Source: an uncultured Acidobacteriota bacterium
Lineage (GTDB): Bacteria > Acidobacteriota > Thermoanaerobaculia > UBA5066 > DATFVB01
Assembly (NCBI GenBank): GCA_963773815.1
Contig: CAVZCI010000003.1
Coordinates: 151,749-215,748 of the forward strand
Reading direction: 5' to 3'
Length of the DNA stretch: 64,000 nucleotides
Part shown: positions 19,031 through 32,140 of the stretch, in pieces
Position numbering within the stretch: the first letter of the stretch is position 1
How the letters are laid out: each line of letters opens with the position of its first letter
Program-made: the position numbers and the translations under genes
Notes under the pieces: generated by a model
Told to the model about the DNA's origin: nothing
Databases searched by the model: none
Seen by the model: only the letters and a program-made list of their open reading frames with translations

Positions 19031-20089
19031 ATGAGGCCCGTGGCGCGACGCGCTCGACAATTCGCGTGGCTGTTTCTCCTGGCGTGCCGGCCCTCGGGCG
19101 CGCAGGAGATCCGCTGGCAATCGGAGGCGACGTTCTACGGCGACAATACGGAGTTTTTTACGCCCTACCGGACCGGCGAAACGATTCTCGGAGCGCAGGC
19201 GAAGACTTATCTTTCGATTCTTCCCGGACCGAAGACGGAAATCCAGGCCGGAATCTTCGCCGATCACCGCAGCGGCGGCGACGAGTTTGCCGATCCGGTC
19301 CGATTGATTCTCTCGTTTCGCTACCACGGCCGGTACTCGCTCGGCGTTCTGGGAACTCTGGAAACCCATGATCGCCACGGCTTCCTCGAGCCTCTCGAGG
19401 TCACGACGCTCGAATTCACCCGACCGGTGGAATACGGCGTTCAGTGGGTCGAAACGCGGCCCGGTTTTTCCGGGGAGGCTTTTCTCAACTGGCAGCACTT
19501 GAACACCGCGACGAGTCGGGAAATTTTCGACTACGGCCTGATCGTGCGGAAGGACCTCGCCGGATTTCTCGCGGCCGAGGCACAACTTCACGGCGTGCAT
19601 CACGGAGGCCAGCTCCACGACGTCGGCCCGGTCACAAACGATGTCGCGTTCGGGCCTGGCCTTCGCTTGTCTCGGCAGCTGCCCGTCGCGGGGAAAAGCT
19701 CTCTTCGCGTTTTCGAGCTTTTCAGCAAAGGAAAGCGAGACCTCTACACGGGAGGACCCACGATCGACGGCCACGGAACCTGGATCAAGGGTTCCGTAGA
19801 GCCCGGCGGCTTCGTCGAGCTCTTTGGCATCTGGTGGCGGGGGAAAAACTTCATCTCGACCGAGGGGGACAACAACTACAACTCCACCGGTAGCGACCCG
19901 GCGTTCTACCGTGCCGACCGCTCGTACCAGGAGCTTGGCCTCGTCAAGAAATTCACGATCGAACGGGGAATCACGTTCGACGGCGAGGCCCGTCTCCACC
20001 GAATCGACGGAAAGGTCGAATACTCGTACCGGATCGTCGTGCGCGCGCCGCTCGACATTCCCGTGCGCCGGCCGTCCGGCGGGTCCTGA
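19031..20089 (+). CDS. Secreted hypothetical protein (likely outer-membrane beta-barrel)
   Basis: ATG at 19031; signal peptide MRPVARRARQFAWLFLLACRPSGAQE; aromatic-rich alternating pattern. Confidence 0.55.
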   Translation: MRPVARRARQFAWLFLLACRPSGAQEIRWQSEATFYGDNTEFFTPYRTGETILGAQAKTYLSILPGPKTEIQAGIFADHRSGGDEFADPVRLILSFRYHGRYSLGVLGTLETHDRHGFLEPLEVTTLEFTRPVEYGVQWVETRPGFSGEAFLNWQHLNTATSREIFDYGLIVRKDLAGFLAAEAQLHGVHHGGQLHDVGPVTNDVAFGPGLRLSRQLPVAGKSSLRVFELFSKGKRDLYTGGPTIDGHGTWIKGSVEPGGFVELFGIWWRGKNFISTEGDNNYNSTGSDPAFYRADRSYQELGLVKKFTIERGITFDGEARLHRIDGKVEYSYRIVVRAPLDIPVRRPSGGS

Positions 20090-20131
20090 AGTCCGTCTTT
20101 CGAGGAAATAGACGTCGGATAGAATCGTAGT

Positions 20132-21079
20132 ATGCCCGCCTCGAAATCACACTACAAAATCGCGATCATCGGTTCCGGTCCGGCGGGATGGACCGCCGCT
20201 CTTTACGCGTCGCGCGCCGAGCTGGCTCCCGTCGTCTTCGAGGGGCCTCAACCCGGCGGCCAGCTCACGATCACGACCGAGGTCGAAAACTTCCCGGGGT
20301 TCGTCCACGGCATTCAGGGGCCGGAGCTGATGGACGTTTTCCGGGAGCAGGCCAGGCGCTTCGGGACGGAGGTCGTGCAGGAGACGGTCGTCGAGGTCGA
20401 TTTCTCGCGCCGCCCGTTCGGGCTGAAGCTCGATTCCGGCGCTTCCGTCTCCGCGGATGCGGTCATCGTTTCCACGGGAGCTTCCGCGAAACTGCTCGGG
20501 CTCGAGTCGGAGAAGTCGTTGATGGGTTACGGCGTTTCGGCGTGCGCCACGTGCGACGGGTTCTTCTTCAAGGGGAAAGAGGTCGTCGTCGTGGGCGGGG
20601 GCGACACGGCGATGGAAGAAGCGAATTTTCTGACGAAATTCAGCTCGAAGGTCACGGTCGTTCATCGCCGGGAAGAGTTCCGCGCTTCGCGGATCATGCT
20701 CGACCGGGCTCGACAGAACCCGAAAATCGCGTGGGTCCTCGACTCGACGGTCGAAGAGATCCTCGGAGCGAAGAATGCCGTGTCGGGCGTCCGCCTTCGC
20801 AACGGGAAGACCGGGCAAACGACCGATTACCCCGCGCAGGGCGTCTTTGTCGCGATCGGTCACGAACCGAACACGGAGCTCTTTCGGGGAAAGCTCGACA
20901 TGAACGAGGTCGGGTACCTGATCGTCGAGAGCCCCTCGACCCGGACCTCCGTCGAGGGCGTCTTCGCGGCCGGCGACGTCTGCGACCCCACTTACCGTCA
21001 GGCCATCTCGGCCGCGGGAGAAGGGTGCAAGGCGGCGATCGACGCCGAGCGGTGGCTCGCCCACCAGGGCATCCATTGA
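20132..21079 (+). CDS. trxB: Thioredoxin-disulfide reductase
   Basis: [16 protein letters not shown] motif, CATC redox centre, [18 protein letters not shown] motif; 315 aa. Confidence 0.92.
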   Translation: MPASKSHYKIAIIGSGPAGWTAALYASRAELAPVVFEGPQPGGQLTITTEVENFPGFVHGIQGPELMDVFREQARRFGTEVVQETVVEVDFSRRPFGLKLDSGASVSADAVIVSTGASAKLLGLESEKSLMGYGVSACATCDGFFFKGKEVVVVGGGDTAMEEANFLTKFSSKVTVVHRREEFRASRIMLDRARQNPKIAWVLDSTVEEILGAKNAVSGVRLRNGKTGQTTDYPAQGVFVAIGHEPNTELFRGKLDMNEVGYLIVESPSTRTSVEGVFAAGDVCDPTYRQAISAAGEGCKAAIDAERWLAHQGIH

Positions 21080-21213
21080 GCGAGCCCCCGGAGGAACCCC
21101 GGGGCGATCCGCCTTCGAACGCGGATTTCGGGGCGACCGTGCGTTGGATGGCGACCCTGTTTGCCGTCATCGCGCTCCTCGCCGCCCTGGCCGGCTGGTT
21201 GCTGAAACGGTAA
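21079..21213 (+). CDS. Possible small tail-anchored membrane peptide (44 aa, TTG start; alternative ATG giving MATLFAVIALLAALAGWLLKR)
   Basis: Short ORF with a C-terminal hydrophobic helix directly after trxB; weak evidence. Confidence 0.2.
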   Translation, partial: SEPPEEPRGDPPSNADFGATVRWMATLFAVIALLAALAGWLLKR

Positions 21214-21276
21214 TGGGCTCACGGGCCCCCGGTTGGATTTAGAGTTATCCATAAGTAACTAATACATTTATTTCCC

Positions 21277-21305
21277 TTGACAGGTTTGGCGATTCCCGTT
21301 AAATT
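21277..21305 (+). promoter_or_regulatory. Sigma-70-like promoter for the Rrf2-suf operon: TTGACA, 17-nt spacer, TAAATT
   Basis: Sits in a ~120-bp AT-rich island (21221-21340) upstream of the Rrf2 regulator gene. Confidence 0.45.
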
Positions 21306-21352
21306 CTAAATCGTACTGATTTGGTCCTGTTTTATGGGACCCGGGAGCCGAA

Positions 21353-21798
21353 ATGATCCGAATGGCGAAGCTGACCGATTACGCAAGCGTGCTGACGACG
21401 TATTTCGCCCGCGAGGAGGGGCGCGTCTACACGGCGCGCGACCTCGCGGCCGAAGCTCATCTGCCGTTGCCGACCGTGAGCAAGATCCTGAACTCGCTCG
21501 CGAGAGGAGGCGTCCTGACGTCTCACCGCGGGCTGAAGGGCGGCTACACGCTCGCCCGCTCTCCCGAGGAGATCTCCCTGACGGACATCATTGCTGCCAT
21601 GGAAGGACCGATGACGCTGACCGAATGCGGCGAAGACGTCGGTCAATGCCCCCACCAGTCTCTCTGCCCCATCACGGCCAACTGGCAGCGAATCAACTTC
21701 GTCCTGCGCCAGGCGCTTTCGACGATCAGCCTGGCGGAAATGACCCACCCGCTCCCCCGGGAGCTGCGCTTCGGGGGACCGAAGCTGAGGAGCCTCTG

Positions 21799-21799
<1 letters not shown>
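21353..21799 (+). CDS. Rrf2-family (IscR/SufR-like) transcriptional regulator with three-cysteine cluster-binding motif
   Basis: N-terminal winged helix ([15 protein letters not shown]...[15 protein letters not shown]) and C-x6-C-x5-C ([14 protein letters not shown]); stop overlaps the sufB start. Confidence 0.8.
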
Positions 21800-23257
<1,458 letters not shown>

Positions 23258-23258
<1 letters not shown>

Positions 23259-24025
23259 TGACGCCGATGCTCGAAATCCGGAACCTCCACGTTCGCGTCG
23301 GGCGAGAACGAAGATCCTGCGAGGGCATCGACCTCGCGGTCGAACGCGGGCGAGGTGCACGCGATCATGGGACCGAACGGCTCGGGCAAGATCACGCTCG
23401 CGCACGTTCTCGCCGGGAAACCGGGCTACGAGGTCACGGCGGGGCGCGTGCTCTACCGGGGGCAGGACCTGCTCTGCGCTGAGCCCGGAGATCCGCGCCC
23501 GCGAGGGCGTGTTTCTCGCGTTCCAGTATCCCGTCGAGATTCCGGGCGTGTCGAACACGTATTTCCTGAAGGCCGCGGTCAACGCGGTTCGCAAGCATCG
23601 GGGGCTCGAAGAGCTCGACGCGATCGACTTCCTGGCGATGCTCAAGGAGAAGATGAAGGTCATCGAGATCGACCAGGATCTGCGTCAACCGCCCCGTCAA
23701 CGAAGGGTTCTCGGGCGGCGAGAAGAAGCGCAACGAAATTTTCCAGATGGCGGTGCTCGACCCGACGCTCGCGATCCTCGACGAGACCGACTCCGGCCTC
23801 GACATCGACGCGCTGCGCGTCGTCGCCCGGGGCGTCAACGCGCTTCGCTCGCCCGAGCGCGCCATCGTGCTCGTCACGCACTACCAGCGCCTGCTCGATT
23901 ACGTCGTTCCCGATTTCGTCCACGTGCTCGTCGACGGCCGGATCGTGCGCTCCGGCGCCAAGGACCTGGCGCTCGAGCTCGAGGAGAAGGGCTACGCCTG
24001 GCTGGAGGAGGCCGCGGCGCGATGA
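23258..24025 (+). CDS. sufC: Fe-S cluster assembly ATPase SufC, with several apparent frameshifts
   Basis: [15 protein letters not shown] (frame 2), [38 protein letters not shown] (Walker A, frame 0), [31 protein letters not shown]... (frame 1), then [40 protein letters not shown]...[48 protein letters not shown] in another frame; stop overlaps the sufD ATG. Confidence 0.7.
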
Positions 24026-25334
24026 TCGCGGCGGAGCCCTCCCTCGGGGCGCTTCACGGAGCTCGACGCGCGGCGCGCGCGCCGATCCGGCGGGCGTCCG
24101 GGAGTTTCGTCGGGACGCGCGGCGAACGTTTCCAGAAGCGCGGCTGGCCGACCGCCCGCGAAGAGGATTGGCGCAACACGAACGTTTCGCCGATCGCGAC
24201 GCGCGGAATTCCGGCCCGGCCCCGACGTCGCGCCGCGGATTCCCGCTTCCACGATCGATTCGATCGCGCCGAAGACGGCTCCTCGCGCGGTTTTCGTGGA
24301 CGGACGGTTCGCCGCCGGCCTCTCGACGCTCTCCGCGGAGCTCTCGATTTCGCCGCTGCGCGACGTTCTCGCGAAAGATCCCCAGAGAGTCCTGCCGTGG
24401 CTCTCCCGGCTGTCCGGATCGAACGACCCGTTCGCGATGCACAACGACGCCTTCCTCGAAGAAGGCGTGGTCGTCGAAATCGCCGAAGGGAAGCGTTGCC
24501 CCGGAGCCGATTCATCTCGTCTATTTCTCGACGGCGGGAGGCCGGCCGCCTGTCGTCCCTTCGGAACCTCGTCCTCGCCGGCGAGAGCTGCCGCTTCACG
24601 CTCGTCGAGACGTTCGCCGGCGCCGGCTCGGGGCCGACGCTGACGAACGCGGTCACGCAGATCGTCGCGGGCGAGAACTCCGCCGTCGAGCACCTCAAGG
24701 TGCAGCGGGAAGGCCTCGGCGGCTTCCACGTCGGGACCCTGTCGGTCGTGCAGGCGCGCGACAGCCGCTTCACGTCGCATCTGTTCTCGACCGGCGCGGC
24801 TCTCGCGCGAAACGACGTGCACGTCGAGCTCGCCGCGCGAAGGCGTGGAGTGCGTCCTTGAACGGCCTCTATCTCGCCGGGCGGTCGCAGCACGTCGACA
24901 ACCTCACGGTGATCGACCACGCGAAGCCGCACGGCACGAGCCGCGAGCTCTACAAGGGGATTCTCGACGGGGCCTCGCGCGGCGCTTTCACGGGACGCGT
25001 GCTCGTGCGCGCCGGCGCGCAGAAGACCGACGCCCAGCAGTCGAACAAGAACCTGATCCTCTCCCGCGACGCGCTCGTCAACAGCACTCCGCAGCTGGAG
25101 ATCCGGGCCAACGACGTGAAGTGCCGCGCACGGCGCGACGATCGGCCAGCTCGACGCGGACGCGCTCTTCTACCTGCGGTCGCGCGGCATCTCGGAAGAG
25201 GCCGCTCGCAATCTGCTCACGTACGCGTTCGCGGCGGAGCTCGTCCAGAGGGTCCCGCACGCCGACCTGCGGAGGTCCATCGACGCGATCCTTCACGAGA
25301 TCCTCCCGTTCGCGCCGGAGATCCGGGAGATCGC

Positions 25335-25338
<4 letters not shown>
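24022..25338 (+). CDS. sufD: Fe-S cluster assembly protein SufD, with several apparent frameshifts
   Basis: MIAAEPSLG...[19 protein letters not shown]; later blocks ([14 protein letters not shown]..., [21 protein letters not shown]..., [36 protein letters not shown]..., EIREIA) are colinear but in alternating frames. Confidence 0.65.
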
Positions 25339-27165
<1,827 letters not shown>

Positions 27166-27170
27166 TAGTT

Positions 27171-27243
27171 TTAACTATGGTAGTTATACGCGGAATTGCA
27201 AAATAGATATATTAATCTATATCTGAATGATATAGATATCTTC
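27171..27243. promoter_or_regulatory. AT-rich (~25 percent GC) palindrome-rich intergenic island (candidate divergent promoter/operator for the XRE regulator and the small ORF)
   Basis: Contains inverted TAGATATA / TATATCTA units (atagatatattaatctatatctgaatgatatagatatc); strongly deviates from genome composition. Confidence 0.4.
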
Positions 27244-27567
27244 GTGCTGGATTTTGTGGTCTACGCCCGACGGAAAGCCGGTCTCTCCCAAAGAGCGCTC
27301 GCGGAACGCGCCGGGATCACCCAGGCCACGATTGCGAGAATCGAGAAGGGCGAGATCGACCCGCGTTCAGACACGGTTGTGAGACTCCTGCGGGCGTGCG
27401 GCTTCGAGCTCGAGGCGGTGCCGCTGTCGGGAGTCGGCGTCGACCGAACGGCGATGCGGGAGCTGCTCAAGCTCTCTCCCGCGGAACGGGTCCGGGTCGC
27501 AGTCGAGGATGCTCGAAACCTTGAGCGCAACCTCAATGCCCTGCAGGAAGAGATCGAAGGGCGTTAG
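27244..27567 (+). CDS. XRE-family helix-turn-helix transcriptional regulator
   Basis: [28 protein letters not shown] is a canonical Cro/C1 HTH; GTG at 27244 (the 123-aa ORF from 27196 begins inside the AT-rich island). Confidence 0.65.
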   Translation: MLDFVVYARRKAGLSQRALAERAGITQATIARIEKGEIDPRSDTVVRLLRACGFELEAVPLSGVGVDRTAMRELLKLSPAERVRVAVEDARNLERNLNALQEEIEGR

Positions 27568-28778
27568 CGGGCCTTCGCGTACTGCGGGTTCTGGGCGCGG
27601 AGCGCGGAGACCGCGCGCACGACCTCCCCGATCGTGTAATCGACCTCTTCCTCCGTGTTGAACCGGCCGAGGCCGAACCGCACGGAAGAGAACGCGAGAT
27701 CGTCGGGAACGCCGATCGCCTTCTGCACGTGCGACGGCTCGATCGACGCGGACGTGCACGCGGCGCCGGAGGAAACCGCGACATCGCGGATGCTCGTCAG
27801 AAGCGCTTCTCCTTCGACATAGCCGAACGAGAGATTGAGATTTCCCGGCAGGCGCCGTTCTTCCGATCGGAGATTTCCTTCGGCGTCGATCTCCGGAAGC
27901 AAAGCGCCGTTCAGGTGGACTTCGTCGAGCTGCGAGGTGATTCCTTCGTGAAGTCTGTTCCGGAGCCGCCGCAGCCGGGCCGTTTCCGAATCGAATTCCG
28001 CCTTTGCGAGCTCGCACGCCTTTGCGAGGCCGACAATCCCCGGAACGTTCAAGGTTCCGGAACGCAGGCCGTGTTCGTGCCCGCCGCCATAGAAAATCGG
28101 CTGGAGCCGGACGCGGGGATTCTTGCCGCGCACGTACAGCGCCCCGGCTCCCTTGGGACCGTAAATCTTGTGGGCTGTGATGGATACCAGGTCAGCGTGA
28201 AATTCTTCCACGTGGAACGGCACTTTTCCGACGCCCTGAACGGCGTCGCTGTGGAAGAAGATTCCCCGGTCTTTGCAGAGAGCCGCGATCTCGCGGATCG
28301 GATGGACCGTTCCGATCTCGTTGTTCGCGAGCATCAACGTGACGAGGATCGTCTCTTCCCGGAGGGCCGCGCGGACCTGGTCGGCTTCGACCCTGCCGAA
28401 CCGATCCGGCGGGAGGTACGTCACCTCGAATCCCTCCTTCTCGAGCTCCTTGCACGAATCGAGCACGGCCTTGTGTTCCGTCAGGCACGTGACGAGGTGG
28501 TTTCCCTTTTCGCGGTAAAGGCGCGCAACCCCGAAAATCGCGAGATTGTCCGACTCCGTCGCTCCCGACGTGAACACGATTTCCTTCGCGGAGGCGCCGA
28601 GGAAATCCGCGACTCTCTCCCGGGCCTGGTCCACGGCGGCTTCCGCCTCCCAGCCATAGAGGTGATTGCGGGAGGCCGCGTTGCCGAAAGACGTCGTCAG
28701 GTACGGCATCATCGCCTCGAGAACCCGAGGGTCGATCGGGGTCGTCGCGTGGTTGTCCATGTAAATCGGGGTTTTCAT
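27564..28778 (-). CDS. iscS: Cysteine desulfurase IscS/NifS (class I)
   Basis: 404 aa, [27 protein letters not shown]..., [18 protein letters not shown] (PLP-Lys), [16 protein letters not shown] (active-site Cys loop). It is the C-terminal part of the spurious 878-aa ORF. Confidence 0.88.
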   Translation of the reverse strand: MKTPIYMDNHATTPIDPRVLEAMMPYLTTSFGNAASRNHLYGWEAEAAVDQARERVADFLGASAKEIVFTSGATESDNLAIFGVARLYREKGNHLVTCLTEHKAVLDSCKELEKEGFEVTYLPPDRFGRVEADQVRAALREETILVTLMLANNEIGTVHPIREIAALCKDRGIFFHSDAVQGVGKVPFHVEEFHADLVSITAHKIYGPKGAGALYVRGKNPRVRLQPIFYGGGHEHGLRSGTLNVPGIVGLAKACELAKAEFDSETARLRRLRNRLHEGITSQLDEVHLNGALLPEIDAEGNLRSEERRLPGNLNLSFGYVEGEALLTSIRDVAVSSGAACTSASIEPSHVQKAIGVPDDLAFSSVRFGLGRFNTEEEVDYTIGEVVRAVSALRAQNPQYAKAR

Positions 28779-28847
28779 TTGCCTCGCTTCCGACGCGATT
28801 TTACGCCCGATTTTCGAAATGGTAATCTTGTCCTTCAGATGTCCACG

Positions 28848-30427
28848 GTCCACTTGCCCGAAGACAAGGCGTTTTCGTTTCTCTCCGCCGCGCCGCGGGT
28901 GCAGCTTTCCCATGCGTTTTCGCGGCCGTTCGAGAACGTCGTCGCGACGGCGAGGACGTGCTATTCGAGCAAAGGGGTGATCGACGAGGACCAGGCCTCC
29001 CGCAACCCGGAGCGCCGGGACGCCCTCGCCCGCTCGATCTACGCCGCCGGCCACCACACGACGTTCCAGCACGCGAGCTTTCAGTTTGCGATGTCGAATG
29101 TTTCGCGCCAGTTTCTGTGGTCGTTTCTCCACAGCCACCCGTTCTACAACTCCGAGCAGGTTTCGCAGCGGTACGTCGAGGTCAAGGCGGGCAACTTCGC
29201 GGTTCCGCCGCTCTCGCCGAAGGACCGGGACGTCTTCGAGGCCTGCGCGCGGCTTCAGAACGAGAACTACGCGAAGCTCACGCAACTCCTCGTTCCGATT
29301 TGCCGCGAGCGCTACTTCGAGCTCTTTCCGGGCCGCCTGCGCGGCGACGGGCCGCAGCGCTTCCAGCCCTCCGTCGTCAAACGCGCGCAGGAGATCGCCC
29401 GGTATGTGCTCCCGGTCGCGACGTTCGCGTACCTGTACCACACGGTTTCCGGCATCACGCTCTTCCGCTACCACCGGCTGTGCGAATCGTTCGACGCTCC
29501 GACCGAGCAGAAGTACGTCGTCGGCCGGATGGTCGAGGAGGTCCTCGCGTTCGATCCCCTCTACGCGAACGTGCTCGAGGACCCGATCCCGCTGGAGGAG
29601 ACGCCCGAGTACCTCGTTTTCGAGCGGCTCGCGAATCGAAGCTCCGGTTCGGCGGCCTTCCGCCGCGAATTTGACGCTTCGCTCGGCGGCCGGACGTCGC
29701 TCCTCGTCGACGCGAAGGCGCGCAACGAAGAGATCCTGGCCGCCTCGGTGCGCGAAGTTCTCGGGCTCGCGAGCTCCGAGATGACGGACGACGAGGCGAT
29801 CGCGCTCTGTCTCGACCCGTCGAAGAACCGGCTGCTCGGCGAGACGCTGACGTTGACGACCCACGGAAAACTGTCGCGTGCGATGTTCCATCCCGGCTAC
29901 ACGTTTCGAAAGAAGCTCTCCCACACGGCCGACTCGCAGGATCAGCGGCACCGGATGACACCCGGCTCGCGCCCCGCGCTCGGAGCGTACCTGTCCGACG
30001 AGCCCGATTACCTCGTTCCGATGCTCGTCGACGAAGTCCCGGAGGCCGCGGCGCTGTACCGGCAGACGATGGACGAGACGTGGAGCGCGATCGGAAAACT
30101 GCGCGCGGTCGGCGTCGCGGACGAGTTCGCGGCTTATCTCCTTCCCAACGCGGTGCCGATCCGGTTCACCGAATCCGCCGACCTGCTGAATCTCCACCAC
30201 AAGATGGCGATGCGCCTCTGTTACAACGCGCAGGAAGAGATCTGGAAGGCCTCCGTCGAAGAGGCGACGCAGATCCGCGAGGTCAACCCGCGCATCGGGA
30301 AGTGGCTGCTCCCCCGTGCGGCCTGCGCCACGCCGCCGGAGTTCGCCCCGTCTGCCCGGAAGGGGACCGGTTCTGCGGCGACATCGTGTGGAAGAAGGAC
30401 CTGCCGGAGTACCGACGCAAGCTGTGA
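28848..30427 (+). CDS. Tandem-domain ThyX-like flavoprotein (Thy1 family; ~525 aa) with degenerate RHR motif; apparent frameshift near 30350
   Basis: First repeat [13 protein letters not shown]...[26 protein letters not shown] parallels ThyX HASFTF...RHRxxSxxxxSQRY, but RHR is HSH. Second repeat ([15 protein letters not shown]...SQDQRHR). C-terminal 25 codons only have G/C-rich third positions in frame +2 (ending ...[24 protein letters not shown]). Confidence 0.55.
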
Positions 30428-30492
30428 CAGCGAACGTGGCTCCCTCAGCCGGCGAGCTACGCTCGCCGACCTCTCCCGCCGGGAGAGGTGAG

Positions 30493-30530
30493 AAGACCCC
30501 AAAAAAAGGCGGGCCCTCATGGGCCCGTTT
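30493..30530. terminator. Bidirectional intrinsic terminator between convergent thyX-like and rng genes (AAAAAAA-GGCGGGCCC-TCAT-GGGCCCG-TTT)
   Basis: Perfect GC hairpin flanked by an A-run on one side and a T-run on the other. Confidence 0.55.
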
Positions 30531-30658
30531 CGGGAAGGAAAGGGAAGGATGCCTGTTAGTACGGCAAAAGCCAGGCCAGGTTTCGATTTCGTGTTTTCAG
30601 TAATTTAGGGACTTTGGCCGACTGCCGATTTGGCGATTCAGGACAAATCGTCCGGTTT

Positions 30659-32140
30659 TCAGACCACCGCGATCTCGTAGTGGGCGGCTGGAAAGGTTTC
30701 CTCCTCGCGAATCTCGATCGACGCCTCCAGGTCCCGCTCGAGTCCTTCGAGAATTCCGAGCTCGCCGCGCAGGGTCTTCACGACTTCGGGCGTCGAACGG
30801 ACGAGAACCGTTTCTCCCGGACCGAGAGAGCCGGAAAGCTTCAGGATTTCGCGCCGGATCTCGAGCGCGACGGTGAAATCGTTCTTCACCCTCCCGTTGC
30901 CGCCGCAGCAGGGACACGGACGCGTCAGGACGCGTTCGAGCGAAGGTCGCGAGCGCTTGCGCGTGATCTGAACGAGCCCGAACTCCGAGATCTGCAGGAT
31001 CTTCGACTTCGCCCGGTCCTTTCTCATGTCCGCTTCGAAAGCCTCGAAGAGCGTTCGCCGATGTGCCTCGTCCTCGAGGTCGATGAAGTCGACGACGAGG
31101 ATCCCGCCCAGGTCCCGAACGCGGATCTGGCGCACGATCTCCCGGACCGCCTCGAGGTTCACGGCGAGCACCGTGTCTTCGAGGCTGTCTTTCCCGACGA
31201 ACTTTCCGGTGTTGACGTCGATCGAAACGAGCGCCTCTGTCGGGTTGATGACGAGATATCCGCCCGATTTGAGCCAGACCTTCGTCTTCAGGGCCTTCTC
31301 GATCTCGGCCTCGACGCCGAATTCCTCGAACAGGGCTTCTTTCCGATGGAGCTTGACGCGCGGGACGACGGACGGCTCGGTGACGTGGAGAAAATCGACG
31401 ATCCGGCCGAACGCCTCGTGGTCGTTGACCCGAACGGCGGCCACGTCTTCGGAGACGAGGTCGCGCAGCGAACGAAGAAGCAAATCCTGCTCTCCGTGGA
31501 GCAGCGCCGGAGGCTGGCTGGAGCGGGACCGGGAGAGAATCGACTCCCAGAGGGCCGTCAGGTAAATTCGGTCCGCTTCGAATTCTTCGGTCCCCCGTCC
31601 CTGCGCTGCCGTCCGCGCGATGAACCCGCGGCCCCCGGGAAAAGCCTCGAGCGCGGCCCGCAACCGCTCCCTCTCGGACTCGTCCTCGATTCGGCGAGAG
31701 ATCCCCGCTTTCGAAGAGAAGGGCGTGTACACGAGGAGCCGGCCGGGCAGCGAGACGTTCGTCGAGACGCGGGCGCCCTTGGCTCCCATCGATTCCTTCA
31801 CGACCTGAACGATGATGTGCTGCCCTTCCTTCAGCAGAGCGTCGATCGAGACCGGAGGGCGCTGGGGCTCCTCTTCGGGCGGGCCGTCGTCGTCCACTTC
31901 CCACTCGTCGCGGACGTCGGCGACGTAGAGGAACGCGTCCTTCTCCAGGCCGATGTCCACGAACGCCGCCTGCATTCCCGGGAGCACTCGCGATACCTGC
32001 CCGAGGTAAATGTCCCCGACGGCGCCCTGCTTTCGCGGACGCTCGAAGTAAAGCTCCGCGGCGCGGCCGTTCTCGAGGACCGCGACGCGGGTCTGATACG
32101 GATTGCAGTCGATCAGGATCTCGCGGACGGTTTCAGGCAT
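30659..32140 (-). CDS. rng: Ribonuclease G/E family endoribonuclease (Rng/CafA)
   Basis: S1 domain N-terminus (DIYLGQVSRVLPGMQAAFVDIG), catalytic DNase-I-like and Zn-link (CPCCGGNG) regions; position downstream of the mre/mrd cluster as in many bacteria. Confidence 0.8.
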   Translation of the reverse strand: MPETVREILIDCNPYQTRVAVLENGRAAELYFERPRKQGAVGDIYLGQVSRVLPGMQAAFVDIGLEKDAFLYVADVRDEWEVDDDGPPEEEPQRPPVSIDALLKEGQHIIVQVVKESMGAKGARVSTNVSLPGRLLVYTPFSSKAGISRRIEDESERERLRAALEAFPGGRGFIARTAAQGRGTEEFEADRIYLTALWESILSRSRSSQPPALLHGEQDLLLRSLRDLVSEDVAAVRVNDHEAFGRIVDFLHVTEPSVVPRVKLHRKEALFEEFGVEAEIEKALKTKVWLKSGGYLVINPTEALVSIDVNTGKFVGKDSLEDTVLAVNLEAVREIVRQIRVRDLGGILVVDFIDLEDEAHRRTLFEAFEADMRKDRAKSKILQISEFGLVQITRKRSRPSLERVLTRPCPCCGGNGRVKNDFTVALEIRREILKLSGSLGPGETVLVRSTPEVVKTLRGELGILEGLERDLEASIEIREEETFPAAHYEIAVV

